NCBI RefSeq assembly: GCF_009914755.1
Contig: NC_060937.1
Reading direction: 5' to 3' (one strand)
Length of the DNA stretch: 64,000 nt
Origin: the human T2T-CHM13v2.0 reference genome, Homo sapiens
How positions within the stretch are numbered: position 1 is the first letter of the stretch; every line of letters starts with the position of its first letter. A program made the position numbers and the translations under genes. Below the pieces are notes generated by a model. The model saw only the letters and a program-made list of their open reading frames with translations, was not told the DNA's origin and made no database searches. Positions 43,801 through 60,200 of this stretch are shown piece after piece.

Positions 43801-46800
43801 TCCTTTCCATTCCATTCCATTCCACTGCACTCGGTTTCACTCCACTCAACTCCACTCCATTCGACTCCACTCCACTCTGTTCCATTCCATTCCATTCTGT
43901 TTCATTCCATTCCACTCCTTTCCATTCCTCTCCCCTCCATATCACTCCACTCCATTTCCCTCCATTCCACTCCATTTTACTCGACTCCTCTCCAATACAC
44001 TTTACTCCATTCCATTCCAATCCATTCCTTTCCAGTCCACTCCATTCCATTCCATTCCATTCCCCTCCATTCCACTCCATTCCACACCACTCCGTTCCAC
44101 TCCCTTACACTCCACTCCACTCCATTTCATTCCACTCCACTCCATTCTATTCCATTCCATTCCTCTCCACTACATTCCATTCAAATCCATCAAATTCCTT
44201 TCCATTCCACTGCACTGCGACCCACTCCTCTCAACTCCACTCCACTCCACTCCATTCCATTCCGTTCCACTCCATTCTGTTCCATTCAATTACATACCAC
44301 TCCACTCCTTCCATTCCACTCCATTCCACTCCACTCCACACAACTTCTCACAACTCCAGTCAATTCCACTCAATTCCACTCACTGCACTCCATTCCAGTC
44401 CATTTCATTCGATTCAAGTGCACTCCGATCCACTCCAGTGAACTCCTCTCCACTCCACCGCACTCCTTTCCATTCTCTTCCATTCTGTTCCATTCCATTC
44501 CAATCCATTCAATTCCACTCCACTCCATTCCACTGCACTCCATTTCACAACATTCCACTCCATTCCATTGCACTCCACTGCATTCCACTCCATTCCACTC
44601 CACTCCATTCCCTCCCTTTCCACTGCATTCCATTCCATTCCATTAAACTCCACTCCACTCCGTTCCACTCCATTCCATTTCACTCCATTTCACTCCATTC
44701 CACTCCACTCCACTCCATTCCACTCCATTCCATTTCACTCCAACCCATTCCATTTCATTTTACTCCATACCTTTCCATTCCTTTATTTTGACTGGATCTA
44801 ACTTTGTCACCTAGACTGTAGTGCAGTTGCAGAATCTTAGCTCACATTTCATTTCACTATTCCATTCCATTCCATTCCATTCCATTCCATTCCATTCCAT
44901 TCCATTCCACTCCACTCCACTCCATTCCATTTCACTCCAACCCATTCCATTTCATTTTACTCCATACCTTTCCATTCCTTTATTTTGACTGGATCTAACT
45001 TTGTCACCCAGACTGTAGTGCAGTTGCAGAATCTTAGCTCACATTTCATTTCACTATTCCATTCCATTCCATTCCATTCCACTCCACTCCACTCCACTCC
45101 ACCCCACTCCATTCCACTCCACTCCACTCCACTTCACTCCACTCCATTGCATTCCACTCCACTCCAGTCTTTTCCATTCCATTCCATTTAATTCCATTCC
45201 ATTGCACTCCCATCATCTCCACTCAGCTCCACTCCACTCCACTCCACTCCCTTCTGTTCCGTTCCATTCCATTCCATTCCATTCCATTCCTTTCCATTCC
45301 ATTCCACTCCATTCAATTCCATTCCACTCCATTCTGCTCCACTCCATTCCACTCCACTCCACTCCACTCCACTCCGTTCCATTCCATTCCTTTCCTTTCC
45401 ACTACAGTCCGATCCCCTCCACTCAACTCCACTCCATTGCACTACACTCCACTCTGTTCCATTCCATTCCGTTCTGTTCAGTTCCGTTCCGTTCCGTTCC
45501 GTTGCATTCCTCTCCATTCCATTCCACTCCACTCCATTTAACTCCACTCCTTTTCACTCCATTCTAATCCATTCGTTTCCATTCCACACCACTCCTTTCC
45601 ATTCCATTCCACTAAATTCCATTCCATTACTTTCCAAACCACTCCACTTCATTCCACTCCACTCCACTCCATTCCTCTTCAATCCATTCCACTCTACTCC
45701 ACTCCATTCCACGCTATTCCATTCCGTTCCACTCCATTCCATTCCACTCCATTCCACTCCATTCCACTCGATTCGACTCCACTCCATTCCAATGCACTCC
45801 ACTCCATTCCACTCCATTCCATTCCACTTCACTCCATTCCATTCCACTTCACTCCATTCCATTCCATCCAACTACATGCCATTCCGTTCTCTTATTTAGA
45901 CTGAATCTCACTCTGTCACCCAGACTGGAGTGCAGTGGCAGAATCTTAGATCACATTTCATTTAACCATTCCATTCCAATCCATTCCATTCGACTCCATT
46001 CCATTCCATTCCACACCACTCCATTCCACTCCACTCCACTCCATTCCATTCCACTGCACTCCATTCCATTCCTTTCCATTCCATTCCACTGCACTCAGAT
46101 CAGCTCCACTCAACTCCACTGCACTCCATTCCACTCCATTCCTATCTGTTCCATTCCTTTCCATTCCATTCCATTCCATTCCATTCAATTCCACTCCACT
46201 CCATTCCATTCTTCTCCATTCTACTCCATTCCACTCCTCTCCACTGCACTCCACTCCACTTCATTCCATTCCATTCCATTCCACTCCATTCCATTCCATT
46301 CCACTCCATTCCACTCCATTCTACTCCATTCCTTTCCATTCTATTCCTGTCCTTTCCACTACACTCCATTCCACTCCACTCTACTCCATTCCCCTCCATT
46401 CCATTCCACTCCAATCCATTCCATTACATTCCACTGCATTCCATTCTATTCCTTTATTTCTATTGGATCTCACTCTGTCACCAAGACTGCAGTGCAGTGG
46501 CAAAATCTTAGCTCACATTACATTTCACCCTTGCATTCCATTCCATTCCTTTCCATTCCATTCCACTCCAATCCATTCCATTACATTCCACTCCATTCCA
46601 TTCTATTCCTTTATTTCTATTGGATCTCGCTCTGTCACCAAGACTGCAGTGCAGTGGTAAAATCTTAGCTCACATTTCATTTCACCCTTGCATTCCATTC
46701 CATTCCTTTCCATTCCATTCCAGTCCACTCCACTCCAATCCATTCCATTCCACTCCACTCCATTCTATTCCTTTCCATTCCATTTCATTCCATTCCACTG

Positions 46801-49800
46801 CACTCCCATCTTCTCCACTCAACTCCACTCCACTCCCTTCTGTTCCATTCCATTCCGTTCTTTTCCATTCCTTTCTGTTCCATTCCATTCCACTTCGCTC
46901 CATTCCATTCCACTCCACTCTTCTCCACTCCATTCCACTCCACTCCACTGCACTCCGTTCCATTCCATTCCATTCCATTCCATTCCATTCCACTACAGTC
47001 CGATCCCCTCCACTCACCTCTACTCCACTGCACTACACTCCACTCCGCTCGATTCCGTTCTGTTCCATTCAGTTCTGCTCTGTTCCATGCCGTTGCATTC
47101 CACTCCATTCCATTCCACTCCATTCTATTGCACTTCATTCCAATCCATTCCTTTCCACTCCATTCCACTCCATTGCATTCCATTCCACTCCACTCCATTC
47201 CACTCCACTCCACTCCATTTTACTCCACTCCGTTCCAACTCACTCCTCTCCATTTCACTCCATTCCACTCCTTTCCACCCCATTCCTCTCCACGCCAATT
47301 TGTTCCATTCCAATCAATTCCATTCCATTTCACTCCATTCAACTCCATTCCACTCCATTCCAATCCACTCGATTCCACTCAACTCCATTTCACTCCACTC
47401 CACTCTGTTACTTTCCATTGCATTCCTCTCCACTCCATTGCATTCCATTGCATTCCCCTCCATTACATTGCATTCCCTTCCATTGCAGTTCATTCCACTC
47501 CATTCCACTCTATTACACTCCACTACACTCCACTCCATTACACTCCACTCCATTCCATTAAACTCCATTCCATTCCACTACATTCCATTCCACTCCATTC
47601 CTTTCCACTACATTCCTTTCCATTCCATTCCACTCCATTCCACTCCACTCCATTCCACTCCACTCCATTCCAGTCCACTCCACTCAATTCCACTTCATTC
47701 CATTCCACTCCACTCCATTTCATTCCATTCTACTCCATTCCATTTCTTTCCTTAATTTCTGCTGGATCTCACTCTGTCAGCCAGACTGGAATGCAGTGCC
47801 ACAATCTTATCTCACATTTCATTTCACCATTCCATTCCATTCCATTCAACTGCATTCCATTCCATTTCATTCCACTCCACTCCACTCCATTCGACTCCAA
47901 TCCACTCCACTCCATTCCATTCCACTCCACTCCAAACCACTCAGTTCCTTTGCACTGCATGCCATTCCATTCCATTCCATTTCATTCCTTTCCACTGCCC
48001 TCCGATCCACTCCACTCAACTCCCCTCTACTGCACTCCACTCCATTCCGTTCCATTCCAATCCATTCCATTCCATTCTATTCCATTACGTTCTATTTCTT
48101 TCCATTCCACTCCACTCCCCTCCATTCCACTCGACTGCACTCCACTTCACTGCACTCCGCTTCACTCCATTTCATTCCATTCCATTCCATTCCACTGCAC
48201 TCAGATCCACTCCACTCAAATCCACTCCGCTGCACTCCACTCCAAATCTTTCCATTCATTTCTGTTCTGTTCCTTTTTTTTCCATTCCACTTCATTCCAT
48301 TCCACTCCACTCCATTCCACTCCACTCAATTTCACTCAATTCAACTCCATTCCACTCCAATCCACTCCACTCCACTACACTGCACTCTATTCCTTTCAAC
48401 TCCGTTCCATTCCACTTCATACCATTCCATTGCATTCCACTACATTCTATTCCATTCCACAACATTCCGCTCCTTTACACTCCACTCCATTCCACTCAAC
48501 TCCATTCCACTCCACAACAATCCATTCCTCTCCATTCCATTCCACTTCTCTTCAATCCATTATATTCTACTCCATTCCATTCCATTCTTTTATTTCGAAT
48601 GGATCTCGCTCTGCTACACAGACAGGAGTGCAGTTAAACAGTCTTAGCTCACTTTTCATTTCATCGATCCATTCCATTCCATTCCATTCAATTGTACTCC
48701 ATTCCACTGCATTCTGATCCGCTCCAATAAACTCCACTCCACTCAACTCCGTTCCATTTTATTCCATTCCATTCCACTCCACTCCAATGCATTCCATTCC
48801 ACTCCATTGCAATCCAATCAACTCCACTCCACTATATTCCATTCCAATCCACTCCTCTCCAATCAACACCACTACCCTCCACTCCACTCCAATCCGGTCC
48901 ATTTCGTTCCATTCCCTTCCAACCCATTCCAATACTTTCCACTCCATTCCACTCCACTCCTTTCCATTCCCCTTCATTCCACTTCTTTCCACTCCACTCT
49001 ATTCCACTCCACTCCACTCCATTCCACTGAACTCCACTCCACTCAACTCCGTTGCATTCACTTCCATTCCATTTGATTCCGTTCCATTTCACTCCATTCC
49101 ATTCCACTCCACTCCATTCCATTCCTCTCCATTCCATTCCACTCCACTCCATTTCACTCCATTCCACTCGATTCCACTCCAATCCACTCCATTCCTTTCC
49201 ATTCCATTCCATTCCACTCCATTCCATTCTATTTCTTTCCACTCCATTCCACTCTTGTCCACCGCACTCCATTCCACTCCACTCTATTCTACTCCACTCC
49301 ATTCCACTCCATTCCATTCCATTCCACCCCATTCCGTTTCATTCCACTCCATTCTATTCCATGCCACTAGATTCCATTACATTCCACTCCACTGCCCTCC
49401 AATACATTCCACTCCACTCCATTCCTTTCCACTACAATCCACTCCACTCCACTCCAGTCTTTTCCATTCCCTTCCGTTCCATTTCATTCCATTCCATTCC
49501 ATTCCGTTCCGTTCCGTTCCATTCCATTCCATTCCATTCCATTCCCCTGCACTCCGATACACTTCACTCAATTCTAATCCACTCAACTCCACTCAGTTCC
49601 GTTCCCTTCCATTCCTTTCCACTTCGTTCCATTCCACTCCATTCCATTCCATTCCACTAAACTCCATTCCACTCAACTCCATTCCCTTCACTCCACTCCA
49701 CTCCGCAAAACTCCACTCCACTCCATTCCACTCCACTCTGTTCCAGTCCATTCCACTCCACTCCACTCCACTCTGTTCCACTCCATTCCACTCCATTCCA

Positions 49801-51329
49801 CTCCACTTCACTCCACTCCACTCTACTCCAATTCGTTCCATTCAGTTCCTTTCCTATCTATTCCATTTGGTTCCGTTCCATTCCACTCCTTTCCATTCCA
49901 ATCCACTCCATGCCACTCCACTCCATTTCATCCATTTCACTCCACTCCACTCCATTCCACTCCACTCCATTGCATTCCACTTCATTCCATTCCATTCCAC
50001 TCCACTCCATTCCATTCCATTCCGTTCCAATCCATTCCACTGCACTCTGATCCACTGCCATCAACTCCACTCCACTTCACTCCACTCCGTTGCATTCCGT
50101 TTCATTCCATTCCATTGCATCCCATTTCATTGAATTCCATTCCATTCAATTCCATTCCACTACACTCTGATCCACTCCACTCAACTTCAATCCACTCCAC
50201 TCCACCCCAATACCATTCCATTCTGTTCCATACCACTCCATTCCATTCCATTCCACACCACTCCATTCTATTCCATTTCACTCCTTTCCATTTCATTCCA
50301 CTCCATTCCATTCCATTCAACTGGATTCCATTGCATTCCACTCCACTACAATCTATTGTACTCCACTGCATTTCATTCCATTCCACTACACTACACTACT
50401 CTACACTGTACTCCATTCCATTCCATTCCACTCCACTCCCTTCCATTACATTCCATTTGATTCCATTCCATTCCATTCCATTCCGTTGCATTCCACTGCA
50501 TTCCTGTCCATTCCATTCCATTCCTTTCCACTCCATTCCATTCCAATCCACTCCACTCCAGTGCATTCCGTTCCACTCCACTCCATTCCGTTCCACTCCA
50601 CGTCATTCCATTCCATTCCATTCCATTCCATTCCATTCCTTTCCATTCCATTCCATTCCGTTCCATTCTATTCCACTCCACTCCATTCCATTCCATTCCA
50701 ACAAATTCCATTCCATTCCACACCATCCACTCCACTCCAATCCACTCCACTCCACTCCATTCCATTCCATTCCGTTCTATTCCATTCCACTCCACTCCAC
50801 TCCACTCCATTACATTCCATTCCATTCCATTCCACTACACTCCTATCCACTGCACTCAACTCCACTCCATTCCACTCCACTCCATTCTATTCCATTCCAT
50901 TCCATGCCATTCCATTTCATTCCATTTCGTTCTGTTCCATTACATTCCATTCCACTCCACTCCATTCCTTCCTTCTCCATTCCACTCCAATCCACTCCAC
51001 TCCACTCCACTCCACTCCACTCCACTCCAATCCATTCCATTCCGTTCCATTCCATTCTGTTCTATTCCATTCCTTTCCACTGCATTCCATTCCACTCCAC
51101 TCCATTCCACTTCACTCCCTTCCACTCAATTCCTCTCCATTCCATTCTACTCCACCCCAATCCATTCCATTTCTCTCCTACATTCCATTCCATTCCACTC
51201 CACTTCATTCCACCCCACCCCATTCCATTCCACTCAACTCCACTCTATTCCACTCCTCTCCACTCCAATTCTCTCCACTCCATTCCATTTAACTCCATTC
51301 CATTCCATTCCATTCTCTCTATTCCATTC

Positions 51330-51850
51330 CATTCCACTCCACTCCATTCCATTCCATTCCACTCGATTCCACTCCACACCACTCCATTCCACTTAATTCC
51401 ATTCCACTCCACTCCATTCCATTCTATTACATTCCATTCCATTCCACTCCGCTCCACTCCATTCCAGTCCAGTCCTCTCCATTCCATTACATTCTATTCC
51501 ATTCCAACCCACTCTGTTCCATTCCATTGCATTCCATTCCATTTCACTGCACTCCGATCCGCTCCACTCAACTCCGCTCTACTCCATTCCATTCCACTCC
51601 ACTCCATTCCATTCCATTCCACTCGATTCCACTCCACACCACTCCATTCCACTCAATTCCATTCCACTCCACTCCATTCCATTCTATTACATTCCATTCC
51701 ATTCCACTCCGCTCCACTCCACTCCAGTCCAGTCCTCTCCATTCCATTACATTCTATTCCATTCCAACCCACTCCGTTCCATTCCATTGCATTCCATTCC
51801 ATTTCACTGCACTCCGATCCGCTCCACTCAACTCCGCTCTACTCCACTCC
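51330..51850. repeat. Near-identical 260-bp tandem duplication in the pentamer satellite
   Basis: ACTCGATTCCACTCCACACC occurs at 51361 and 51621. CAGTCCAGTCCTCTCC and ACTCCGATCCGCTCC repeat at the same offset. Confidence 0.9.
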
Positions 51851-54800
51851 ACTCCATTTCATTCCATTCCATGTCACACCACTCAATTCCATTCCATTCC
51901 ATTCCATTCAATTCCACTGCACTCTGATCCACTCCACTCAATTCCACTCCACTCCACTCCACTCCGTTCCTTTCCGTTCCATTCCATTCCACTCCATTCC
52001 ATTCCAGTCAGTTCCATTCCATTCCATTCCATGACACTCCTTTCCATTCAACTTCATTGCACTCCATTCCACACCACTCCACTCCAATTCACTCCGTTCT
52101 ATTCTGTTCCATCACATTCCATTCTGTTCCGTTCCATTCCACTCCATTCCATTCCACTACACTCCATTCCACTCCAATCAATTTCACTCCATTCCACTCC
52201 ATTCAACTCCAATCCTCTCCACTCCACTCCACTCAGTACCTTTCCACTCCATTCCATTCAATTCTACTCCATTCTATTCCATTGTGTTCTGCTCCATTCC
52301 ACTCCACCCCTCTCCATTCCACTCCACTGCGTTCCACTCCATTCCATTCCATTTCACTCCTTTCCATTCCATTCCTTTGTTTCGAAAGGATAGCACACTT
52401 TCTACCAGACTGGAGTGCAGTGGCACAATGTTATCTCACATTTCATTTCACCATTCCATTCATTCCAATCCATTCCATTCCCTTCCACTCCAATCCCCTC
52501 CACTCCATTCCAATACATTCCATTCCATTCCACTCAACTCCATTCCATTCCATTCCATTCTACTGCACTCCGATCCACTCAAGTCTACTCCGCTCCACCC
52601 CACTCCACTCCATTTCGTTCTTTTCCATTCCATTGCATCCCATTCCATTGCATTCGGTTCCATTCCATTCCATTCAATTCCACTAAACTCCATTCCATTC
52701 CACTCCATTCCACTCCACTCCATTCCACTAAATTTCATTCCATTCCACTGCACTCCTCTCCACTCAACTCTACTCCACTTCACTCCATTCTGTTCCAATC
52801 CATTCCATTCCTTTCCATTCCATTCCATTCCACTCCATTCCATTCCACTATACTCCATTTTACTCCATTCCACTCAACTCCACTCCACTCCACTCAACTC
52901 CACTCCACTACACTACACTCTACTGCATTCCAGTCAACTCCACTCCATTCCATGCCACTCCATTCCATTCCACTCCACTCTGCTCCATTCCATTCCACTC
53001 CATTCCACTCCACTCCTCTCCACTCCATTCCATTCCACTCCACTCCAATCCACTCCACTCCTTTAAACTCCATTCCATTCCAATCCACTCCTCTCCCTTC
53101 CATTCCATTGCATTCCATTGCATTCCTTTCCATTCCACTACATTCCATTCCATTCCACTGCACTCCCATCCAATCCACTCAACTCCACTCCACTCCGTCT
53201 GTTTCCTGCAATTCCATTCCGTTGCATTCCATTCCATTCCATTCCTTTACTTTCTGTTCCACTAGACTCCATTCCATTCCATTCCACTCCACTTCACCCC
53301 ACTCCATTCCATTCCACGCCACTCCATTCCATTACACTCTGATCCACTCAACTCAACTCCACTCCACTCCTGTCCACTCCACTCCATTCCGTTCTGTTCC
53401 ATTCCATTACTTTCAATTCCTTTCCATTCCGTTGCATTCCATTCTATTCCAGTCCAGTCCAGTCCACTCCACTCCGCTTCACTCCACGCCACTCCATTCC
53501 AGTCTTCTACAATCCACTCTACTCTGCTTCGTTCCATTTCTTTCCATTGTGCTCTGTTCCATTCTCTTCCATTCCACACCATTCCATTCCACTCCACTCC
53601 ATTCCACTCCACTCCATTCCACTCCACTCTATTCCACTCCACTCCATTCCATTACATTGCATTCCATTCCTTGCACTTCGATGCACTCCAAACAAATCCA
53701 CTGCACTCCACTCTACTCTGTTCCACTCAGTTCTGTTGTGTTCCATTCCGTACTGTTCCATTCCACTCCATTTCACTCCTTTCCACTTCATTCCATTCCA
53801 TTCCATGCCACTCCATTCCACTCCATTCCACTCGTCTCGATTCCACTCCACTCCATTCCACTCCACTCTACACCATTCCACTCCATTCTATTCCTCTCTG
53901 CTCCTTTCCATTTCATTCCACTCCATTCCATTCCATTCCTTTATTTCGACTGGTTCTCCCTCTTTCACCCAGACAGGAGTGCAGTTGCACTATCTTAGCT
54001 CACATTTCATTTACACATTCCATTCCATTCCATTCCATTTCACTCGACTCCACTCCACCCCACTGTTCCATTCCCCGCCACCTCATTCCATTCCACTCCA
54101 CCCCACTCCATTCCACTCCACTCCACTCCATTCCACTCAACTCCTCTCCATACCACTAAACTCCACTCCATTCCATTTCACTCCACTCTATTCCATTCCA
54201 CTTCACTCCTTTCCATTCCATTCCCCTCCACTCCATTCAATTCCACTCCACTCCATTTAATCCCATTCTGTTCCATTTCATTCCACTCCACTCTTCTTCA
54301 TTCCATTCCATTCCATTCCATTCCATTCCATTTCACTGTACTCCGTTGCACTGTACTCGACTCAGCTCCATTCCACTCCACTCCGTTCCCCTCCATTGCA
54401 TTCCGTTCCTTTTCATTCCATTCCATTCCATTCCATTGCATTCCGTTCCTTTCCATTCCATTCCATTCCATTCCATTCCATTCCATTCCATTCCATTCCA
54501 CTCCATTCCGTTCCACTCCATTCCACTCCACTCCACTCCACTCTGTTCCTTTCAATTCCATTACATTTTGTTCCATTCCGTTCCACTCTATTCTACTCCA
54601 CTCCACTCTGTTCCATTCAATTCCATTACATTCTGTTTTATTCCATTTGATTCCACTCCATTCAATTCCACTCCACTCCATTCCACTCCACTCCTTTTCA
54701 CACCATTGCACTCTATTCCAATCCACACTATTCCACTCCACTCCATTCCATTCTATTCCGTTCAACTGCACTCCATTCCATTCCATTCCATTGCATTGCA

Positions 54801-57229
54801 TTCCATTGCATTCCACTGCACTCTGTTCCACTGCTCTCAAGTCCACTCCACTCCAATCCATTGCACTCCGTTACATACCGTTCCATTCCATTCCATTCCT
54901 CTCCATTCTGTTCCATTCCATTACATTATTTTCCACTCCAATCCATTCCACTCCATTCCACTCCATACCACTCCACTGCACTACAACCCATTCCTCTCCA
55001 TTCCATTCCATTCCACTGCACCCCGATCCATTCCATTCCACTCCAATCCACTCCACTCCACTCCATTCTGTTCTATTCCATTCCATTCTGTACCGTTCCA
55101 TTCCACTCCATTCCACTCCACTCCACTTCACTCCACTCCACTCCACGCCACCTCTCTCCACTCTATTCCACTCCATTCCAAGCCTATCCGCTCCATTGCT
55201 TTCCATTCCTTTCCACTCCATTCCATCCCATTCCACTGCACTCCATTCCACTCCACTCCATTTCACTCCATTCCTCTTCATTCCACTCCATTCCATTCCA
55301 TTCCTCTCCATTCCGTTCCATTCCACTCCACTAAATTCCACTCCCCAAAACTCCATTCCACTCCATTTCATTCCACTCCACTGCATTCCATTACATTTTA
55401 ATCCATTCCTTTCCTTCCTTTAATTTCGACTGTATCTCACTCTCTCACCCAGACTTGAGTGCAGTGGCACAATCTTAGCTCACATTTCATGTCACCATTC
55501 CACTCTATTGCTTTCTATTCCACTCCATTCCATTCCATTCCACTCCACTCCACTCCACTCTACTCCACTGCACTCAACTGAATTCCAGTCCCATCCACTC
55601 CATTCCATTCCACTCTGTTCCATTCCACTCCACTATCCTTCATTACACTGTAGTCCACTCCATTCCTTTCCACTACAATCCACTCCATTCCATTCCATTT
55701 CATTCCACTCCAATCCATTCCATTCCACTCCACTCCATTCCACTGCACTCCACTCCTCTCCACTCCATTCCATTCCATTCCATTCCACTTCATTCCATTC
55801 CATTCCACTCCATTCCATTCCATTCCATTCCACTCCATTTCATTCCATTCCACTCCATTCCATTCCATTCCATTCCACTGCATTCCAATCCACTTGACTC
55901 AACTCCACTCCACTACACTCTACTCCACTCCATTCCGTTCCCTTCAATTCCATTGCATTCCATTCCATTCCATTCCATTCCACTCCAACACATTCCATTC
56001 CACACCATTCCACTCCACTCCACCACACTCCACTATACTCCACTCCGTTCCATTCCATTCCATGCCACTGCCCTTCGTTCCACTCCACTCAACTCCACTC
56101 CACACCACCCCACTCTGTTCCATTCTTTTCCGTTCCATTCCGTTCCATTCCCCTCCATTACACTCCATTCCACTCCACTCCACTCCCTCCTCTCCATTAA
56201 ACTCCAATCCATTCCATTCCACTGCACTCCAATCCACTCCACTCAACTCCACTCCACTCCATTCCAGTCCGTTCCCCTTTTTTCTATTCCTTTCCGTTCC
56301 GTTCCATTCCACTCCAATCCATTCCCTTCCACTGCAATCCATTCCATTCCACTCCATTCCACTCCACTCAACTCCACTCCATTCCATTCCTCTCCAGTCC
56401 ATTATATTCCACTCCATTCCGTTCCACTCCACTCCACTCCATTCTACTACACTACACTCCATTCCATTCCATTTCACTCCACTCCATTTCACTCCATTCC
56501 ACTCAATTCCACTCCACACCACTCCACTGCACTCCACTCCATTCCATTTTATTCCAATCCATTCCATTCCACACCATTCCGCTCAACTCCACCACACTCC
56601 ACTCTAGTCCACTGCATTCCATTCCATTACGTTCCATTCCATTCTACTCCACTCCACTCCATTCCATTCCATTTCAATGAAATCCGATCCACTGCACTCA
56701 ACTCCATTCCAGTCCACTCCACCCCGTTCTGTTCTGTTCCATTCCATTCCATTCCGTTCTGTTCCATTCCATTCCATTACACTCCATTCCCTTCCACTCT
56801 ACTCCACTCCATTCAACTCCAGTCCATTTCACTACATTTCACTGCATTCAACGCCACATCACTCCACTCCACTCCACTCCATTCTGTTCCATTCCACTCC
56901 ACTCCATTCCTTTCCATTCCATTCCATTCCATTCCATTCCATTCCATTCCATTCCACTGCTCTCTGATCCACTGCACTCAACTCCACTCCACTCCACTCC
57001 ACTCGGTTTTGTTCCGTTCCATTCCATTCCATTCCTTTCGGTTCCATTTAACTCCATTCCATTCCACTCCACTCCAGTCCACTCCACTCCACTCCATTCC
57101 ACTTCATTGCATTCCCTTCCACTACACTTCGATCCACTGCACTTAACTCCACTCCACCCCACTCCGCTCTGTTCCATTCCGTTCCTTTCCATTCCATTCC
57201 ACTCCATTCCATTCCACTCCACTTCATTC

Positions 57230-60200
57230 CACTCCATTCCACTCCATTCCACTCCACTCCTCTCCACTCCACTCCACTGAACTCCAATCCATTCCACTCC
57301 ACTCCACTCCACTCCACTGAACTCCACTCCATTCCATACCACTACATTCCATTCATTTCCACTCCATTCCATTCCTCTCCATTCCACTCCATTCCACTCC
57401 ACTCCGCTCTACTCCACTCCATTTCATTTCATTCCACTACCCTCTGTTCCATTCCACTCCATTCCATTACACTCCACTCTAATCCATTCTACTCCACTGC
57501 ACTCTACTCCATTCCATTCCATTCCACTCTGATCCATTCCATTCCACTGCACTCCTCTCCACTCTATTCCATTCCATTCCACTCCACTCCACTCCATTCC
57601 ATTCCATTATATACCATTCTGTTCCATTCCATTCCACTTCACTCCACTACATTCCATTCCATTCCATTCCATGCCATGCCATTCCATTCCATACCATTCC
57701 ACTGCAATCCGATTAACTCCACACAACTCCATTCCAGTCCATTCCACAACACTCCGTTCTGTTCCGTTCCACTCTATTCCTTTCAATTCCATTCCATTCC
57801 ATTCCATTCCATTCCATTCCATTCTATTCCATTCTTTTCCACTCCACTGCCTTCCATTCCACTCCATTCCATTCTACTCCACTCCACTCCACTCCAGTGA
57901 TTTCCATTCCCCTCCCCTGCTTCCCATTCCACTCGACTCCCCTCAACTCTGTTCCATTCCGTCCTGTTCCATTCTCTTCCTTTCCATTCCTTTCCACTCC
58001 ATTCCATTCCTCTCCTCTCCATTCCACTCCACTCCATTTCACTCCATTACAATCCATTTCACTCCACAGCACTGCACTCAACTGCACTCCTTTCCATCAA
58101 TTCCTCTCCACTCCTTTCCATTCCATTCCATTCCATTCCACTGTACTCAGATCCACTGCATTCAACTCCACCCCACTCCACTCCACTCCACTCTGTTCCG
58201 TTCCATTCCATTCCGTTCCATTCCATTCCATTCCATTCCATTCCATTCCAATTAATTCCATTCCATTCCACTCCACTGCATTCCACTGCATTCCATTCCA
58301 CTCCACTCCATTCCACTCCAATCACTTCCATTCCACTGCACTCTGCTCCACTCCAATCAACTCCACTCCACTTCATTCACGTCCGTTCCACTCCGTTCTG
58401 TTCCCTTTTGTTCCATTAAGTTCCACTCCACTCCATTCCACTACACTGTATTACACTCCATTCCACTCCATTCCACTCCACTCATCTTAACTCCATTCCA
58501 TTCCACTCCACTCCATTCTATTCAATTCCATTCCATTAAACTCCACTCCACTCCATTCTACTCCACTCCTTTCCATTCCATTCCACTCCATTCCATTCCA
58601 CTAAACTCCATTCGACTCCACTCCACTCCACTTCTCTCCACTCCACTCCACTGAACTTCACTCCATTCCATATCACTCCATTCCATTAATTTCCACTCCA
58701 TTCCATTCCTCTCCATTCCACTCCATTCCACTCCACTCCACTCTACTCCACTCCATTCCATTTCATTCCACTACCCTCTGTTCCATTCCACTCCATTCCA
58801 TTACACTCCACTCTAATCCATTCTACTCCACTCCACTCTACTCCATTCCATTCCATTCCACTCCAATCCATTCCATTCCACTGCACTCCACTCCACTCTA
58901 TTCCATTCCATTCCATTCCACTCCACTCCATTCCATTCCACTCCACTCCACTCCATTCCATTCCATTACATACCATTCTGTTCCATTCCATTCCACTTCA
59001 CTCCACTCCATTCCATTCCATTCCATGCCATGCCATTCCATTCCATACCATTCTGTTCCATTCCATTCCACTTCACTCCACTCCATTCCATTCCATTTCA
59101 TGCCGTGGCATTCCATTCCATTCCATTCCACTGCACTCCGATTAACTCCACACAACTCCATTCCATTCCACTCCACAACACTCCGTTCTGTTCCGTTCCA
59201 TTCTCTTCCATTCCATTCCATTCCATTCCATTCCATTCCAATCCATTATTTTCCACTCCACTGCCTTCCATTCCACTCCATTCCATTGTACTCCACCCCA
59301 TTCCACTCCATTGCTTTCCATTCCACTCCCCTGCTTTCCATTCCACTCGACTCCCCTCAACTCTGTTCCATTCCGTCGTGTTCCATTCTCTTCCTTTCCA
59401 TTCCTTTCCACTCCATTCCATTCCTCTCCTCTCCATTCCACTCCACTCCATTTCACTCCATTACAATCCATTTCACTCCACAGCACTGCACTCAACTGCA
59501 CTCCTTTCCATTCAACTCCTGTCCACTCCTTTCCCTTCTATTCCATTCCATTCCACTGCACTCAGATCCACTGCACTCAACTCCACCCCACTCCACTCCA
59601 CTCCACTCTGTTCCATCACTTTCCATTCCATTCCATTCCATTCCATGGCATTCCAATTAATTCCATTCCATTCCACTCCACTGCATTCCACTGCATTCCA
59701 TTCCACTCCACTCCATTCCACTCTAATCAATTCCATTCCACTGCACTCTGATCCACTCCAATCAACTCCACTCCACTTCATTCACGTCCGTTCCACTCCG
59801 CTCTGTTCCCTTCCATTCCATTAAGTTCCACTCCATTCCATTCCACTGCACTATATTATGCTCCATTCCACTCCATTCCTCTCCACTCATCTTAACTACC
59901 TTCCATTCCACTCCACTCCATTCTACACAATTCTATTCCATTAAACTCCACTCCACTCCATTCTACTCCCCTCCACTCCATTCCATTCCATTCCACTCCA
60001 TTCCATTCCACTAAACTCCATTCGACTCCACTCCACTCCACTTCACTCCACTCCACTTCACTCCACTCCACTGAACTTCACTCCATTTCATACCACTCCA
60101 TTCCATTCATTTCCACTAAATTCCATTCCTCTCCATTCCACTCCATTCCACTCCACTCCACTCTACTCCACTCCATTCCATTTCATTCCACTCCCACCTA

